Source of the DNA: Octopus vulgaris
Taxonomy: Eukaryota
Assembly (NCBI GenBank): GCA_951406725.2
Contig: OX597815.1
Location: 97,216,001-97,280,000 of the forward strand
Reading direction: 5' to 3'
DNA length: 64,000 nucleotides
Shown here: piece by piece, positions 15,853 to 30,159 of the stretch
Layout of the letters: each line of letters opens with the position of its first letter
How positions within the stretch are numbered: the stretch's first letter is position 1
Notes under the pieces: generated by a model
What the model was told of the DNA's origin: nothing
Seen by the model: the letters and a program-made list of their open reading frames with translations, nothing else
Databases searched by the model: none
Translations under genes and position numbers: made by a program

Positions 15853-18800
15853 TTATATTGTTTCCGGTCTTAACCACCAAATGTTCGCAAAAATGTAGGG
15901 AACTGTAAAGGACGATAAAATGGTGTCACAAAAAATAAAAGAAACAAAGAAACAAATTTAATCAAAAATATATTCCCTTATAACGGGTGAGTCCTTTCAG
16001 AGCTGGAAATGCATAAAACCCTGACCCTCATGAACACCAGGGTAAGTGCCGTCCACTTATCTTTCATCTTCAATATTCTTACTCATACTCAGAGCAGATC
16101 CATGAATTCGGACATTTTCCTCCACTCCCTTCGAATTTTTAACATAATCACTGAAGGTAGCATTTCATTTTCCACACCCACTTTCTTTTCAAAGTGAAAG
16201 TTAATAAAATAATGACGGCTTTGACCGAAGAAGTAGTTATCTTTCCTCAAAACTTTCAATATAGTCCTTCTCACAAACCCTTTTCTCAAAACCAGCAGTC
16301 AGAGGAAGACCTCGTTATTTTTAGAGCTCACGAAAGACGGTGAGACGATTTTCACCATGGACTCAGATGATAACCAGATTCGTCCTTCATGAGACAACAA
16401 ATATTGATTGATATGTCATTGTTCTTTCTGCTGTTACTATTGTTGTTCTTGTGGCTAATGTTATAGTCGCTGATGTTATTCATACTGCTCTCACTATTTT
16501 TTAATTTTTATTATATCTGTAGTATTGGGTAGTAAGAGATGACTGCGAAAACTGATTTAGCCTTCAAAACCTTCTGGCAACTTCCTCTTTTCCGGAAAGG
16601 ACCACAAAAATGATGCCAGTTCGAAAGATTTTCCGATGTAATGAAAAATTAGATTTCGTTTAAAAGTTTTAAAATGATTATTTGCTCTTCCCTTAGGGCT
16701 CTGGTTCACTAAGAATCAAAGTAGAACTATAAAATAAACAAAAACAGATTTCTGTAATTGAAATAGGTTAGGATGTCATGAAACCTCAAAAATACATTCA
16801 ACTGTGGCGATGTGCAAAAACATTAATAATAGCAACAGCAGCAACAGCCCTAACAGCAAGATAGTTCTTTATTCATTCTTTTTTTGGTGAAAAATTGTGC
16901 TGAATAAAATGTTGAAGGAAAAACAAATAAAAAAAATTATATTATAAAATGATAGTAATTCATGACAGTAATTGTTAGTAATTACGTTGATTTTGTGATC
17001 TGTACGGCACAAAGCCAAGACATTTCTGCTATTCTTTGAGAAGATACAAGACAATACGTTATGTGGGAAGATTTTTTAGAGATTTCAAGGTTTATTACTA
17101 AATGAGAAAGAAAAAAATTAGGAATTAACTAAGATCCTAAAAAGATCGAGAATTAACTATTTAATTAAGCAATTATTTTTAATATTGCGGCGAAATTGCG
17201 ACCCATTGTTGAGGTTACAATAACTCTTGATAAATGCATTTATTATACAGGATATTGTTTTAATACTGAAAATTATCAAACGAAATAATTAAACGTATTT
17301 TCAACCCATCCCCAAAATTTCATGCCGTAAACTACCAATTCCAATATGAGTGACTTTTAGTTTTCCCGAAAATATATACTTTTCCAATCACAGCTTTGTA
17401 AAAATAATGATAGTTTTGCAGAAGTTATTCTTGATTTAAGAGCCATGCTAATATTATCATTTTGTCGTTTAAAGTCAATATTAATTAAAAAATCTTATGC
17501 GATGAGGAGCAAACAATGTTTTTAATATCAGTTTAATATTAGCTCTAATATTAAATTAATGAAGCAACATTAGCTTTAATATTAATTTACGGCCTGATAT
17601 TAATTCTAACTCATCTAGACAAACAGGAGCGAAAATTACTATTATATATTAGTCTTATTAGGTCTCCACGACCAAAATTCATCAGTTCTGCACCTGAGTG
17701 AATAGTGATAAGAAAACAACTATATTGATTTATGATAATGTGGCGAAGAGACCGCAATGGTGTCTAATATCTAATAAGTATTAATGTAATGTCATTTTAA
17801 TATATAAATGTTTATCGTTTAATAATATCATGTCTTCTCGGCCATAGTGTATGATGCCTTTTCTTACTCGCCACTCATCCCGTCTCAAATTTTATCATGT
17901 ACACCTACATATTTTTTTTCTAAACCTCTTACAGTGCACTTATTACACGTTATCATATTTTATATACATGTTATATACTTTCATTGGAAGCTACTCTATT
18001 ACATATAATTTTAAACTTATTACTTGTTTCTTTAATACTGCTTATTACATACATCTTCTTACTGAAGTAATCATCTTTACTTATTACTTCTTAAACCTTT
18101 TCCATAACGTCATAGTAATTTAAGAATGATATTCAAGAATGTTAGCGTATTGTAATTATCTTCATTTCTAATATTAGTATTATTTCATAAACCCCGTCCA
18201 TATTTAGCTGGTTACTTTAAAATGTAATGATGTGCTTATAGTTTTCTTAAGTTTTTTATTATCTGCTGAGTTATTTGACTGGTTTTAAATGATAATTACT
18301 TTTAGATATTCTTATACAATTTAAAGAATTCTTTTATGATCGATTGGTTGCTAGCAGAAATATAAACCGGTTGTAATACAGCAATTATCTTAACAAAAAT
18401 CTGTTTAGTAGAGAAGAACACTTAATTCGTTACAAGGAGAAAAGAAAACTATTTATTGATATAGTAGCTCCACTGGAAAAAAATGGTATATTTGCTTATT
18501 TTGTATTGCAATTATTCCATAAACTGACAGCCCATTCTACACAGTTAAAGTTAAAATTCATTGTTACATAAATGCATTTCAAAATGAACCCATTAAATTT
18601 ACAGTGGTAAAATTGTGTCTGTTGAAAACAGGCGATAAAACTAATGAGGGCATAAATCTGTTAGATATACCAGCGAATTCTACATTAAACGAAAATTATA
18701 TCCTACAAAAGGAAGCATAACTTGGAGAGTGAATCCTGTATATATAGATGCCTGTGACTTACGTATGTGTGTGTGCAGACGTTTGCATGTTTGTGTGTAT

Positions 18801-19011
18801 GTGTGTGTGTGTGTGTTTGTTTGTATATATATATAAAAAAGGAAATGAAGAAAATGCTGACAAAATAATTTAAGTAATTTAAGTAATTTAATTAGGTGAA
18901 AGTTCTTTTTACCGGTTGCGCATTTGTTATGCTTATCAAAAGATATTTTTTTAAGATAGATTTGTTCCTCTTATCTGACTTTATGTTGGGTTTGCTGTCT
19001 CTTATATGTCT

Positions 19012-19081
<70 letters not shown>

Positions 19082-19212
19082 CATATATATATATATAATC
19101 CAAGTTCCGTTAAAAGAATGGAAAACGTGAAATTTCTCTGGTCCGACAGATAAATACTACTATATCGTAGAGAGCAAATCAGAAATTAAAATGGTATAAT
19201 TTCAATATGTAA

Positions 19213-19734
19213 ATATTAAAGAAAGAGAGAAATACAATTGACATATAAATTTATTAACATTATAATATAATATAATATAATATAATATAATATAATATAA
19301 TATAACAAATGATTAAAACAAATAAATATCCTACAATTCATATCCACTACTGGATTTATAAAACATTTACATTTATATATATGAATCTCGCCAGGGAAAT
19401 ATTTGTCTAAGAATAGGCAAAAAAATTCATGCAAGGGCTGCTAAATCATAAAATAGAATATTTTATTATTTAGCAGCCCTTGCATTAATTTTTTTGTGTA
19501 TTTTTACACAAATATTACCCTGACGAGATTCCTATACATAGATGTAATTTTTTTAATAAACATGTAATTTTTTTAATAAACTCACTAATGAATATAAATG
19601 CACACAAATTGTAGGATTTATATTTGTTGTAATTATATGTTATATTATATTATATTATATTATACATTTTTTATAGTATGATTATATTGTAATGGTAATA
19701 AATTTATGTCAACTCTATTTCGCAATTACGTTTA

Positions 19735-19735
<1 letters not shown>
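19213..19735. repeat. Old imperfect inverted repeat (~250-bp arms, centre ~19457) next to (TA)n
   Basis: atgcaagggctgctaaatcataaaata pairs with tattttattatttagcagcccttgcat; gaatctcgccaggg pairs with ccctgacgagattc; (ATAAT)n pairs with (ATTAT)n. Confidence 0.8.
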
Positions 19736-19766
<31 letters not shown>

Positions 19767-20245
19767 ATGTATATATATAATATGAGGGAGTGCTGAATGT
19801 AAAGCATTCTCTTGTATAAACGATCACGACTGAATTTTGACAAAAAATATTACGATATACATCTTTTACGTTCTATACTTAGAATTTTAAAATATTTTCT
19901 ATCACATCATTTATATGTACTATACTGGATTGATACCCACTGAAAAGTATAAATTACTTCAGAAATTCAGCCTACCATAGGGACATTTGTTATCACTCTT
20001 TCCTCTACTCTCCGGGAAATGTATTAATACGGTCAGCTTAGCAAGCTTACTGCATCACTAATGACACTAGACGCATGGACGCGTAATATTAAGTACTCTG
20101 TGTTTTGAATTGATTCTTTTTTATACTTTTAAGCACTGTTAGTGAAAAGAAATACAAAATTAATGATGTTAGTGTTCAGTAAAGTGAAAGTAATTCTCAC
20201 GACAGCCAAATGTGATTTTGTCTTTAACAGAAATCAGCTGGGAGG

Positions 20246-20314
20246 GATAGATAGATAGATATAGACACAGGCAGACAGGTAGACAGACAGACAGATAGAT
20301 AGATAGATAGATAT

Positions 20315-20392
<78 letters not shown>

Positions 20393-20396
20393 TGAG

Positions 20397-20477
<81 letters not shown>

Positions 20478-20490
20478 GAGAGAGAGATAC
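20246..20490. repeat. (GATA)n/(GACA)n microsatellite
   Basis: Direct inspection. Further GATA/CTAT arrays lie at 27160-27232, 59087-59183 and 63023-63129. Confidence 0.95.
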
Positions 20491-20599
20491 AAAGATATCA
20501 GTAATTGTTCACAGCTGAAGTATGATAACGTGGTATATTGGACAGACGGAAACGGTCGAGAAAGAGAACAAAATAAGGAAATATGTACTGAGTTGTTGT

Positions 20600-21060
20600 G
20601 TGAAATAATGGATGGCAATGGATGATTAGGAGTGGAATTAAAGGACAAAAAAATTATTATTTGGAAACCATCCGTATTAAATCCTGTTCTAGATGTATAA
20701 ATCATTGATAAAAACAGGAAAACCTGGAAGTAGGTAGGCCAAATGTAACGACGGTGTACAGGAAATATGCGAGAAAGATTTTTAATTCGAATAAAAAAAG
20801 TAAGCAAAAAGGCAGGAACTTTAAAAAAGTGTTAAAATGTAATTGAACATAGCGAGGTGGCTGGCATAACAGGAAAAGGAAGGAAGAAAATCCATCTTCA
20901 AGGGAATTTTGTATGTTAATCAAATAAAAAGTAAGAGTGAAACAGTGGGAAAGAGACAAATGGGAGAATAGGAAAGTTGATTTCTTAATTTACAATGAAT
21001 AGGAATATAGTATTGGAATCAAATTGATAGAAGATAATGGGCGAATTGATGAGAGTTAAA
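20600..21060 (+). mobile_element. Highly decayed LINE fragment (I/Nimb/Jockey-like post-RT region)
   Basis: GNHPY*ILF*MYKSLIK resembles the WG.HP..L...YKSLIR motif; EVAGIT follows later. Purine-rich + strand. Confidence 0.3.
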
Positions 21061-22101
21061 AACCCACGCATATACACATATGTATATATGTTGTGTAATA
21101 TCTTTTTACTATTCGAAATGTCCCGTTAGAAAGGGGCTGCTTTCAAACAAAAATAGAAAACATCATTATTTTGCATATTTTATTGTTGCATATTTTGTCT
21201 GTTCCATTAACAATATTTCTCCTTTTTATGTTTGCACTTGTTAGAAAATATGATGGGAGTCTTCTACCAATACACCTTGCGCTGAGGTTTATAATGGTAT
21301 TCAGTTCTATCGATCTATTCCAGGACAATGTTTCTTTGGACTGGCATTGTATATTTCTTCAGAGAAAACGTCGTTTCAGATGAGAAGGTAGTACCATGAC
21401 GACAGTTTTGGGTAAATGCAAATCATATGTTAAATCTTCCAGAGAGATGTGACATAAGCGACAATTTCTGTTGCATCATGGGACTGCACGAGTATATGTA
21501 TGTAGGAATGTTTTTATATGTATATATGTGTATGTGTGTGTATGTATGTATGTATGTAATTATTTATGTATTTCTATGTATAAATGTATACATATATTTG
21601 TACTTGTGTATGCATTTATATATGACCCCGAGAGAAATTTCCATGGTTTTGAGGAGTTTGCAACCCCTTCTTAGCCGCAATGTTTCCGGGGTCCACTTTG
21701 ATCCAGATTCACAGCACTGACTAGGGTCTCAAATATGGGTTAACCAATATGTGGATCAGAGAAAGAGGGTGTGAGTGAGAGAAAGAGAGAGAGAGAGTGA
21801 GAGAGAGAGTGAAGACACAGCAGTACTCGTTAAAATTTCTTTCCAGGAGGTAAGCTCTTATAAAAGCACCTGAAGATGAGTGGGTCGCAGGTCGTCTCAA
21901 CCTCAGTTACACTACAGGTTTTTGTAGCTGATTCCGCTGTAATGTTAGTCCGTACTATCCAACACTTCATTTACTCCCAACGAATTCACGCCCAGAAATT
22001 TGGACTCTCAGAACGTTTGCACTAATTTATTTAGGAAAAAAAAAATTCGGTCATTAGTTACTTCCATCATGTGTGCATGTATGTATACACGTTTGTATGC
22101 A

Positions 22102-22150
<49 letters not shown>

Positions 22151-22177
22151 TTAGTTTCACCTAATATATATATATAT

Positions 22178-22262
22178 TAGATTAGTTTCACCTTTCATAC
22201 TCTGTTCCCTTTCCTATTTTCCCACTTTCCATATCGGTTTGAAATACATATATAAACACACT

Positions 22263-22319
<57 letters not shown>

Positions 22320-22345
22320 GTTAGTGTGTTTATATATGTATTTCA

Positions 22346-22411
<66 letters not shown>

Positions 22412-22499
22412 GTTAGTGTGTTTATATATGTATTTCAAACCGATATGGAAAGTGGGAAAATAGGAAAGGGAACAGAGTATGAAAGGTGAAACTAATCTA
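22178..22499. repeat. Perfect ~95-bp inverted repeat around (TA)n, with extra partial copies
   Basis: 22178-22270 is the reverse complement of 22407-22499. Partial copies lie at 22147-22162 and ~22314-22347. Confidence 0.92.
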
Positions 22500-24793
22500 G
22501 AGAAAATAGGTGCACAAACTGCAGCAATTAAAATGTAAGAGTGGAAGATTGTAATGAACAGCTGGTTATGTACTCAACTTAAATGAAAAATTTGAATAGG
22601 AAACCTGATGAAACAGTAACCGTGCTGTTCGAAGAGTCAGGATCAATCATTACATTCTAAGTTTACAGCTACCGTTCTGACAAAGATGAATAGAGACAAG
22701 ACAGATATCAATTCAGGAGATCGACGTTTTTCACTTTAAGGCGATGCTCACGGAAATTATTTACTAACAAAACGGAAGCAAAAGAATGCTTTGTAGTTTG
22801 GAAGTTATAATTGTCTCAGAATATTCCATAATTATGTAAGTCTTTAGTCTGTTTAAAACTAAAGCAACGGAGACTACATTAGAGCACTGCCTTTAATGTT
22901 CCAAATATTCATCATCTATGCATGAAAAAATTTTTTTTTATTTACATGGCATCGCTTCTAGAGAAATACATAAAACGGTAGAGACGATTTTCGTTTAGTT
23001 GTTCACTATTTCATTTGGCTGATTCGTAAGACCCGGATGTAACTTACTTAAGTTTCGTAAACATGTTCTTGGTGTAGCTCGTGATTTAATTTTATGACTA
23101 CACACATATTATACGCGAATAATTTGGAAAGGAAAATTGGTATCTGTCTACACATACCCTCTTCCTTTGTTTCCGAGGTTTCAAGAGTGGAACTTCGTGA
23201 ATCATCCACATGTAAACCATGGCGTTTTATTTTATCTGGTGTTCCGGAGATTTAAGATGTAACACGCGGAGTCATACCTAGTCATCAAGACCTTTGATCT
23301 TTACGATTCGTTTAGTTGAAACTTTTAACATTTTCATGTGATCATCTTGTAGATTGCCTGCAATTGAGTAACTAAATTATATTCTAGTCTGAATGAGGAC
23401 TGATCACCTGTTGAGCTGTTCCTGTAGCAATCACCAATTTACATATATCTGTATTTGCTATAAGCAGATGTCACAAATTAGCAATGGAAACTTATTAATA
23501 AGTCTGGGAATATTAAATATCTATTAGTTGCAAATCAATAAAATAACAAATAATGGTATTGAAATTGATGATATACATAAATGGAATATATCAGTTCATT
23601 GCACTCTGAGGCAATGCAAATTTCTAATACGGTTAGAAGTATATACACATTTAGCCATATAGACTATACCGTTATCAATGGTTGCAAGACAAAAATTATA
23701 TCAAGCAGTGCAAAGATGTCATATATATTTAAAACTCCAGAAAGTCCGTCAATATTGTATAGAAAATAAGTTATTGAATTGAAATTTAAATACAGTTAAC
23801 ATTAAAACTTTTGCAAAGACCAATATTTATTTTTATCCAACTGTACGAAGGAATTATAACAAATTATAACAAATTATTATATATAATTACGAATGAATTA
23901 TAATTTGTACATGATAAATATAAAAAAAATAATAACGGTTCAAAAGAAATTAAATTATTTATGAAAGCAAAACAGTAAAAAGTAAAATGAAATACATTAG
24001 ATTATACAGTTCATTACACTCTGGTCTTCTGAGTAAGTTACCGAAATATATTCAGATACGTTACTATAAAGAATTGGATCCTACTGGAGGAATTATTGTA
24101 GTTCATTAGTTGGTCTCTAAACGAAAATCATAAACTATGTGAATGCATCCTGTTTTTGTGTTCAGATATCTAATTTCCTCTGGCCTGCAGTCTCTCATTA
24201 GAAAATCTAGTGAATAATTCAAAACAACCCAATTTAATTGTCTAAGTTCAATAGATAACACTAGTTTGATTGCATACTAAACTGACAGACAAATTACAAA
24301 TACCCATACTTACCAGTTCTCTTATATGTAATAATAGCTATGAAGTCATCGAGAAAGTGAAACATTTACAACAGTATGAATTGCATATTGTTCTGACTCC
24401 AATAATTGGTGCATGAACGTCAAATACGCGTATGTAATAGAAAACAATGAATCAATAAGGCAAGTCAACGGGAACGTCACGGCATAGCCACGTAGTCTGT
24501 GAGATATATGTGTTAAATCAATCACACAATCTTTACCACAAAGAGCAGATTATAGGGAATGAGCTGCACTTGGTTACTCTGTCGCTGTGTTAAATATGTT
24601 CGTGGCTTAAATTCATGTGCCAATGAGTTTGTTAATTTGCAGCAAGCAAGTAGATAATTAAGTTTATTCACTTAGTTCACTGAACTCAGCTCTGCAGAGA
24701 GGCACGTAAAGTTACGTAATTTTTATATCCTGCCACAGGTTGGTATGGACAAATTATGCAGTGAAGGTTGAATCAATGTGTTCACATGACATA

Positions 24794-25609
24794 CTTCGCG
24801 AGGCTACCAAAACGCTCTCTCTGACTACTACCGACCATTACTCTTTATAAGAGTTCGGATAGTCCATCCTTCCAATCCCCCTGGGGTGTCAATGATTCTC
24901 GCCACAACATCTCACCCTTTGAGATTGACTTGCATTGGAAGTTAATATTATTTTTATTTAATTTTAAGTTATCACTTTTATATACTGGCAACCATTTGCC
25001 AGATGTTGTTTGGTAATTGGTGCCCAACTCATATGTAGTAGTGTTCGTTTTTTGCACACATCACTCTTTTCTGATGTGCCAAGCACTCTTGTTAGCGCAC
25101 TTGCTTTTCGCTCGAATGCGATTCTTTAACCCACAAAAGACATCTCCTCTAGCTGGTTAACACTGCAGAGCTGTGAGCAAGAGAATCCAACCCTTACCAT
25201 ATTCCAGCAACGGGAACAATACACAGTAATTCGAACAGCTACCATTACGGCAACTTACCTGTTCGGCGCGAGATTAAAGCGACACGAAGAAACCGACTTT
25301 TACGGCCATCTAGCAAAACTCTTCAATGACTTCTGCCGACTTGTCGCCTTTTCATGAGCCATGATAGGTATTTTACCGGTGGTATTTTGGTTGCAGAGTA
25401 CGCGACCACCTACCAATCATCACCAATTTCTCGATAACCCTGTGCATGCAACATGTAGTACTGGGTTACACATTACCTGTAGAGCCCAAGAGCGACCAGA
25501 CCTTCGCGAGACTACCAAAACGCTCTCTCTGAGTATTACCGACCTTTATAAGAGTCCCGCTAGTCCGTTATTCCAATCCGCCAATCGTGTCAATGACTCT
25601 CGCCACAAC
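24794..25609 (-). mobile_element. Possible decayed LTR retroelement: ~110-bp direct repeats 708 bp apart
   Basis: 24794-24909 resembles 25502-25609. On the minus strand the left copy starts TGTTGTGGCGAG right after purine-rich AAAGGGTGAGA (PPT-like). The internal VQKTNTTTYEL is weakly like an integrase C-terminus. No clear PBS. Confidence 0.4.
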
Positions 25610-26097
25610 CGTAAACACACACGTAAATCTTTAGACGTATATGCACACACTTTTATATACACATGCGAATCTCTCTATATTTTTCTCCCTCTCTTTCTCG
25701 CTGCATATATATATATATATATATATGTATGTATATGTTATTAATTAAACACAGTATATATTTTGTGCTACTATTGCTTTCATGTTATGAGAGAATGCCA
25801 GGCAGTATTTTTAACACGTCTGTGGTGTTTCAGCACATCCTTCAGGCACTGACCACATTGCATAGCATATATATATATATATCTTCTCTCTCGCATATCT
25901 CGCACTCTCTGTCATCTTATCGTTCAATTCTTAATTTGTTTTGCTATGTCTGCAAGTGCTTAATGATTGTACTGAGATACCACTCGTGTTAAAAATTCAC
26001 ATAAATCGCATACAAACATATATATTTTAATAAATAATATTTTTCTCTCCCCAGACGGAGTACGTTTTTATTTATCTTACAATCACGGAAGAGTACA

Positions 26098-26142
<45 letters not shown>

Positions 26143-26144
<2 letters not shown>

Positions 26145-26372
26145 GGAGGCGCAATGGCCTAGTGGTCAGGGCAGCGGACTTGCGGTCGGAGGATCGCGGT
26201 TTCGATTCCCAGACCGGGCGTTGTGTGTGTTTATTGAGCGAAAACACCTAAAAGCTCCACGAGGCTCCGGCAGGAGGTGGTGATCCCTGCTGTACTCTTT
26301 CACCACTCTAAAAGGCGGTGCTCCAGCATGGCCGCAGTCAAATGACTGAAACAAGTACAGAAAAAAAAAAAA
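26143..26372 (+). mobile_element. tRNA-derived SINE
   Basis: A-box TGGCCTAGTGG and B-box-like GTTTCGATTCC. The 3' tail aaaggcggtgctccagcatggccgcagtcaaatgactgaaacaagta is shared with other SINE copies in the window. Ends in an A-run and sits inside (TA)n. Confidence 0.85.
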
Positions 26373-27158
26373 AATATATATATATATATTTATATATGAG
26401 ACTTAAATCAAAGGAAAATTTCGTAAACGTAATTAATATCAATCAACAGCATTGCGAGAGTTTTCCCTTTCTTCCTTGAATGTCCGCTCACAAATGTTTG
26501 CATAACTCATGCTGGTAAGAGATCAAACCAACGTAGCCATATATGAACTATCGGAACTTCGTTTAGGTTAGCCAGTTTCAGTGCTTTTTCTGTCAAAAAC
26601 CTGCAGGCCACGTGGAGGATTGGAGCGCCACTGGAATATCACATAAACGGAAAATGGAACCCATGTTGAAATGAGGCATTACCTCAGTATATGTGAGCAG
26701 CTTTCTGATTGCATAAGACAAACAAAATATTCAGAAAGTCTTCCCAGGGAGGTGATATATTTGTGATTTTGGCGGTGAGAACGTGTGTGTATTATTTACG
26801 TCTTGTTATGGGACTAGCTAGCTCTACGAAAGGACCTGTAATAGCACGAATACGACGACCAGATTGAAGGGACAAGCTGAATCTTGGCAGCGCATTGTAT
26901 TAAATATAAAATATGCAATTTCTAGGTCATATAATTTTCATTTTTCAGATAATGTTACGTTGAATATATCGTTGTTTAACTAATAAAAGTAATAAATGTT
27001 GAGAGCATAACAAGTTCGTACAGGTAGCATGATGAGGTGGATATCATTGGCATTGGAAATGGATATTTGTAGCAAAGTAGAAACAGTGTACAAAAGAAAA
27101 AAGGGATGGGTGTCCTTGATAAAGTAAAATCTAGGTAAGAATCGGGGACGAATACCTA

Positions 27159-27232
<74 letters not shown>

Positions 27233-28144
27233 GGGGAAGTAAGACGATGATCTCGGGGCGAACCTGGGCGTCGACGAGGACTACCTGATGCGCCTGTTCA
27301 AGACGACTTTCGGGCCGGGACCTATGGACAATTTCCAGAGATCCCTGGCCTGGCAGTGCTATCGAGAAGTGCTACCCGTTCGGAATAAGCTCTACAGATA
27401 CGGCTCGGGAAACACGGTGCCGAACTGCCCGAGATGCGGCCAGAGCGACAAAACCGTACTGCACGCACTCGTGCAGTGTCCAACCATTTCCGAACTGTTG
27501 ACTTATGTCGAACGACTGCTGTCAAGTGTGAGACGAGTCGGTTTATCAGCCGAGTCTATCGTCAATATTATCACGCCTTCCTTCCTTCAAACGGGAAGGA
27601 AAATCTATTTTCATCACACTTTTGGCTATGGTGAAAGAATGTACCTGGTGGACTCGAGCGAAAGGATTAGAGACAAACACTTTACTCTCTGGTAAATCTC
27701 TCATCAACTACTTCAAGTATTACTTGAAAAGGAAAGTGAGAGAGCCAAAGTTTTGTCTAACGAATGTTTCAAAAAAAGATGGGGGAATGTAGTAAGGATG
27801 GCACGTATGAATGACGAAGCCACCTTGATCATAATCCTATGAACCAGGAAAAATTTAAAACAGAAAGTTACTTACTTGCAAATAAACGTGTTAACATTTG
27901 ACATTATTGACCGAGGTTACCGTGGTCTTTACCGTAGGCTTTTCTTTCCACGTTTTAAACCTTATCTGTTTCCCCCTTTACACTTTACATCATCACATTT
28001 CTGTGATACACGATCCCACTTGATCGTTTTCTTTTTACGATACCCTTTGATAGAAAACCAACCCCACTTTTTCCCCCAAAAAGAAATGCTCTACTTTGTA
28101 ATGTGTCCCCTCCGTGTACAACTCCGTGTGGCTAATAAAGAAAC
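27233..28144 (+). mobile_element. 5'-truncated Tx1/L1-group LINE (ORF2 C-terminal zinc knuckle plus 3' UTR) inserted in (CTAT)n
   Basis: ORF 27288-27695 reads LAWQCYREVLPVRNKL...CPRCGQSDKTVLHALVQC, a zf-RVT-type CCHC motif. The 3' end has AATAAA-GAAAC. It is flanked by (TCTA)n at 27160-27232 and ATCTATCTATCTAT at 28145-28158. Confidence 0.8.
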
Positions 28145-28182
28145 ATCTATCTATCTATAAAAACTTACCCTGGCTTTTAATG

Positions 28183-28232
<50 letters not shown>

Positions 28233-28807
28233 GCGTCTATTGATCACAGTTTTGATTACCGGCCGCAAAAATTCTATTCTGAGGTTGAATTTTTAAAGCT
28301 ACATATCTATGATAGAAAGATAAGCGGTTGTCCAGTATTAGTATAAACCTTAAATAAGTATTGACTCTGGATATTTGATGCACAGAATGAAATGTGTAAA
28401 AAACACCAAAAAAAGAAGAGAAAATGAAAAAGAAAAATGATTTGTTTTATAAAGCTAATCAATTCAACGTAAGGATTCAATGTATACTGATATTTCTAAC
28501 TTATCATATAACTTGATATTATTTATATTGCATCGCTGCAACACTTTATGACAAACTGGTCTATTGTTTACTGGTTCATTTAAAGGAAATATATAACATA
28601 TATACACCAGTCGATATATTGGAGAAGGTTTTATAATTTCAATGATAACGTCATCAATCAAGTCAGTAGTGCTACTTACTCCTGACTAGGCTAATAAACT
28701 AAACGAAAGTAACACGTGATAAGTTGGGAACATACACATACTCACCAATGTATTGATACACTTTGGCAGTAATGTATGCATGAACGTATGCATGTATGTA
28801 TATGTAC

Positions 28808-28911
<104 letters not shown>

Positions 28912-30159
28912 TTATATACGTGTGTATGTGTGTGTATATATATATGCATATATACATAATGTTTATGCATATATTGCATATAAATACATACAGAAATACG
29001 TATATGTATGTGTTTCTGTGTATGTACACACAGTCGCACACAGTTTTCCTCTCTCTCACTCTTTCTGTCTGTCTGTCTGTCTGTCTCTCACTCACTCGCT
29101 CACTCTCTCTCACTCACTCATTCTCTCTCTCTCTCTTTCATGCGCACACACACTCACATATGTACATATACGCCTGCGCAAATATATTTAACGACAATTT
29201 AATAGTGGTCAATGACTGTAAACTTGGAAACAACACTGTATTGTAAAATACAGTAAATGTTACTATTGACGAAAAGCTACTTTCTGAACATAATTTAAAT
29301 ACATCGTAGTATCTTTGTGGAAAATGTTGGCTCTGATCGTTCAGTTAGAACGTGGTATTTCATCTCTTTGTAGCGAACATTGGTTTTATTTCTAAATTGA
29401 TTTCACTATATTTTTGGAGTATAAATAAACGATGAAATTTATTACAGAAGCACTGTTATATTATATAAATGTTCTATCAGTATAGAAATTCAAAAATTAT
29501 CATTTATATATCGTACATATTTTGATAAGGATGCTATCGCTTTTCTTTTTTAGACAGATAAGCATACACCCACGCATGCGCCTTATGCAGAAAAATTTTT
29601 TCACATACACTTTTCTTCTCTTGTTTTGATTCTCTTTTACTGTCTCTCTCTTTGTCTCTCTCTGTACATTCAAAGCCTTAAATGGCAGTTTTAGTCGATG
29701 ACAACTACCGCAGCACTTATTCTTAGTAAGACTAGTACTTATATCGGTCTTTTTTGCCAAATCACTAATTTATCAGGATGTAAATACACCACCATCAGAT
29801 GTCAAGCCATGCTGAGGGGACAAACATAAACACAAAGACACGCATATAAACACACACACTCAGGCACAAACACACACGAAAACACACACACACATATATA
29901 ATTTGTTTATTGGAAACGTTTTTGAATTTGCAAATATAGCTCCTATTCCATTATGCTAGACACTGTCTAATGATACTGCTTGGTGAATCAGTTTTCGGGG
30001 TTGCATCGTGCTGTATCGTTATATAATATACAATAAATATAGTAATAATATTTTTTGGATGAAATTTATAAATATTTAATGCATCAAAAGACGCGTTTCC
30101 ATAAAGCACATGTCTCTTGAGATAACAGTCCTATTTTGGGGATTTCTAGACCAAGAATT

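Noticed and set aside
16089-16289. 66-aa minus-strand ORF in non-repetitive sequence
   Set aside because: No recognisable domain or splice signals.
22605-22642. Hammerhead-like CTGATGA-aacag...ctgtt-cGAAGA-GTC
   Set aside because: Stem II is plausible, but GAAA, stem III and stem I are not satisfied.
26143-26220. tRNA gene
   Set aside because: It has A/B boxes but no convincing cloverleaf, and it continues into a SINE body and tail.
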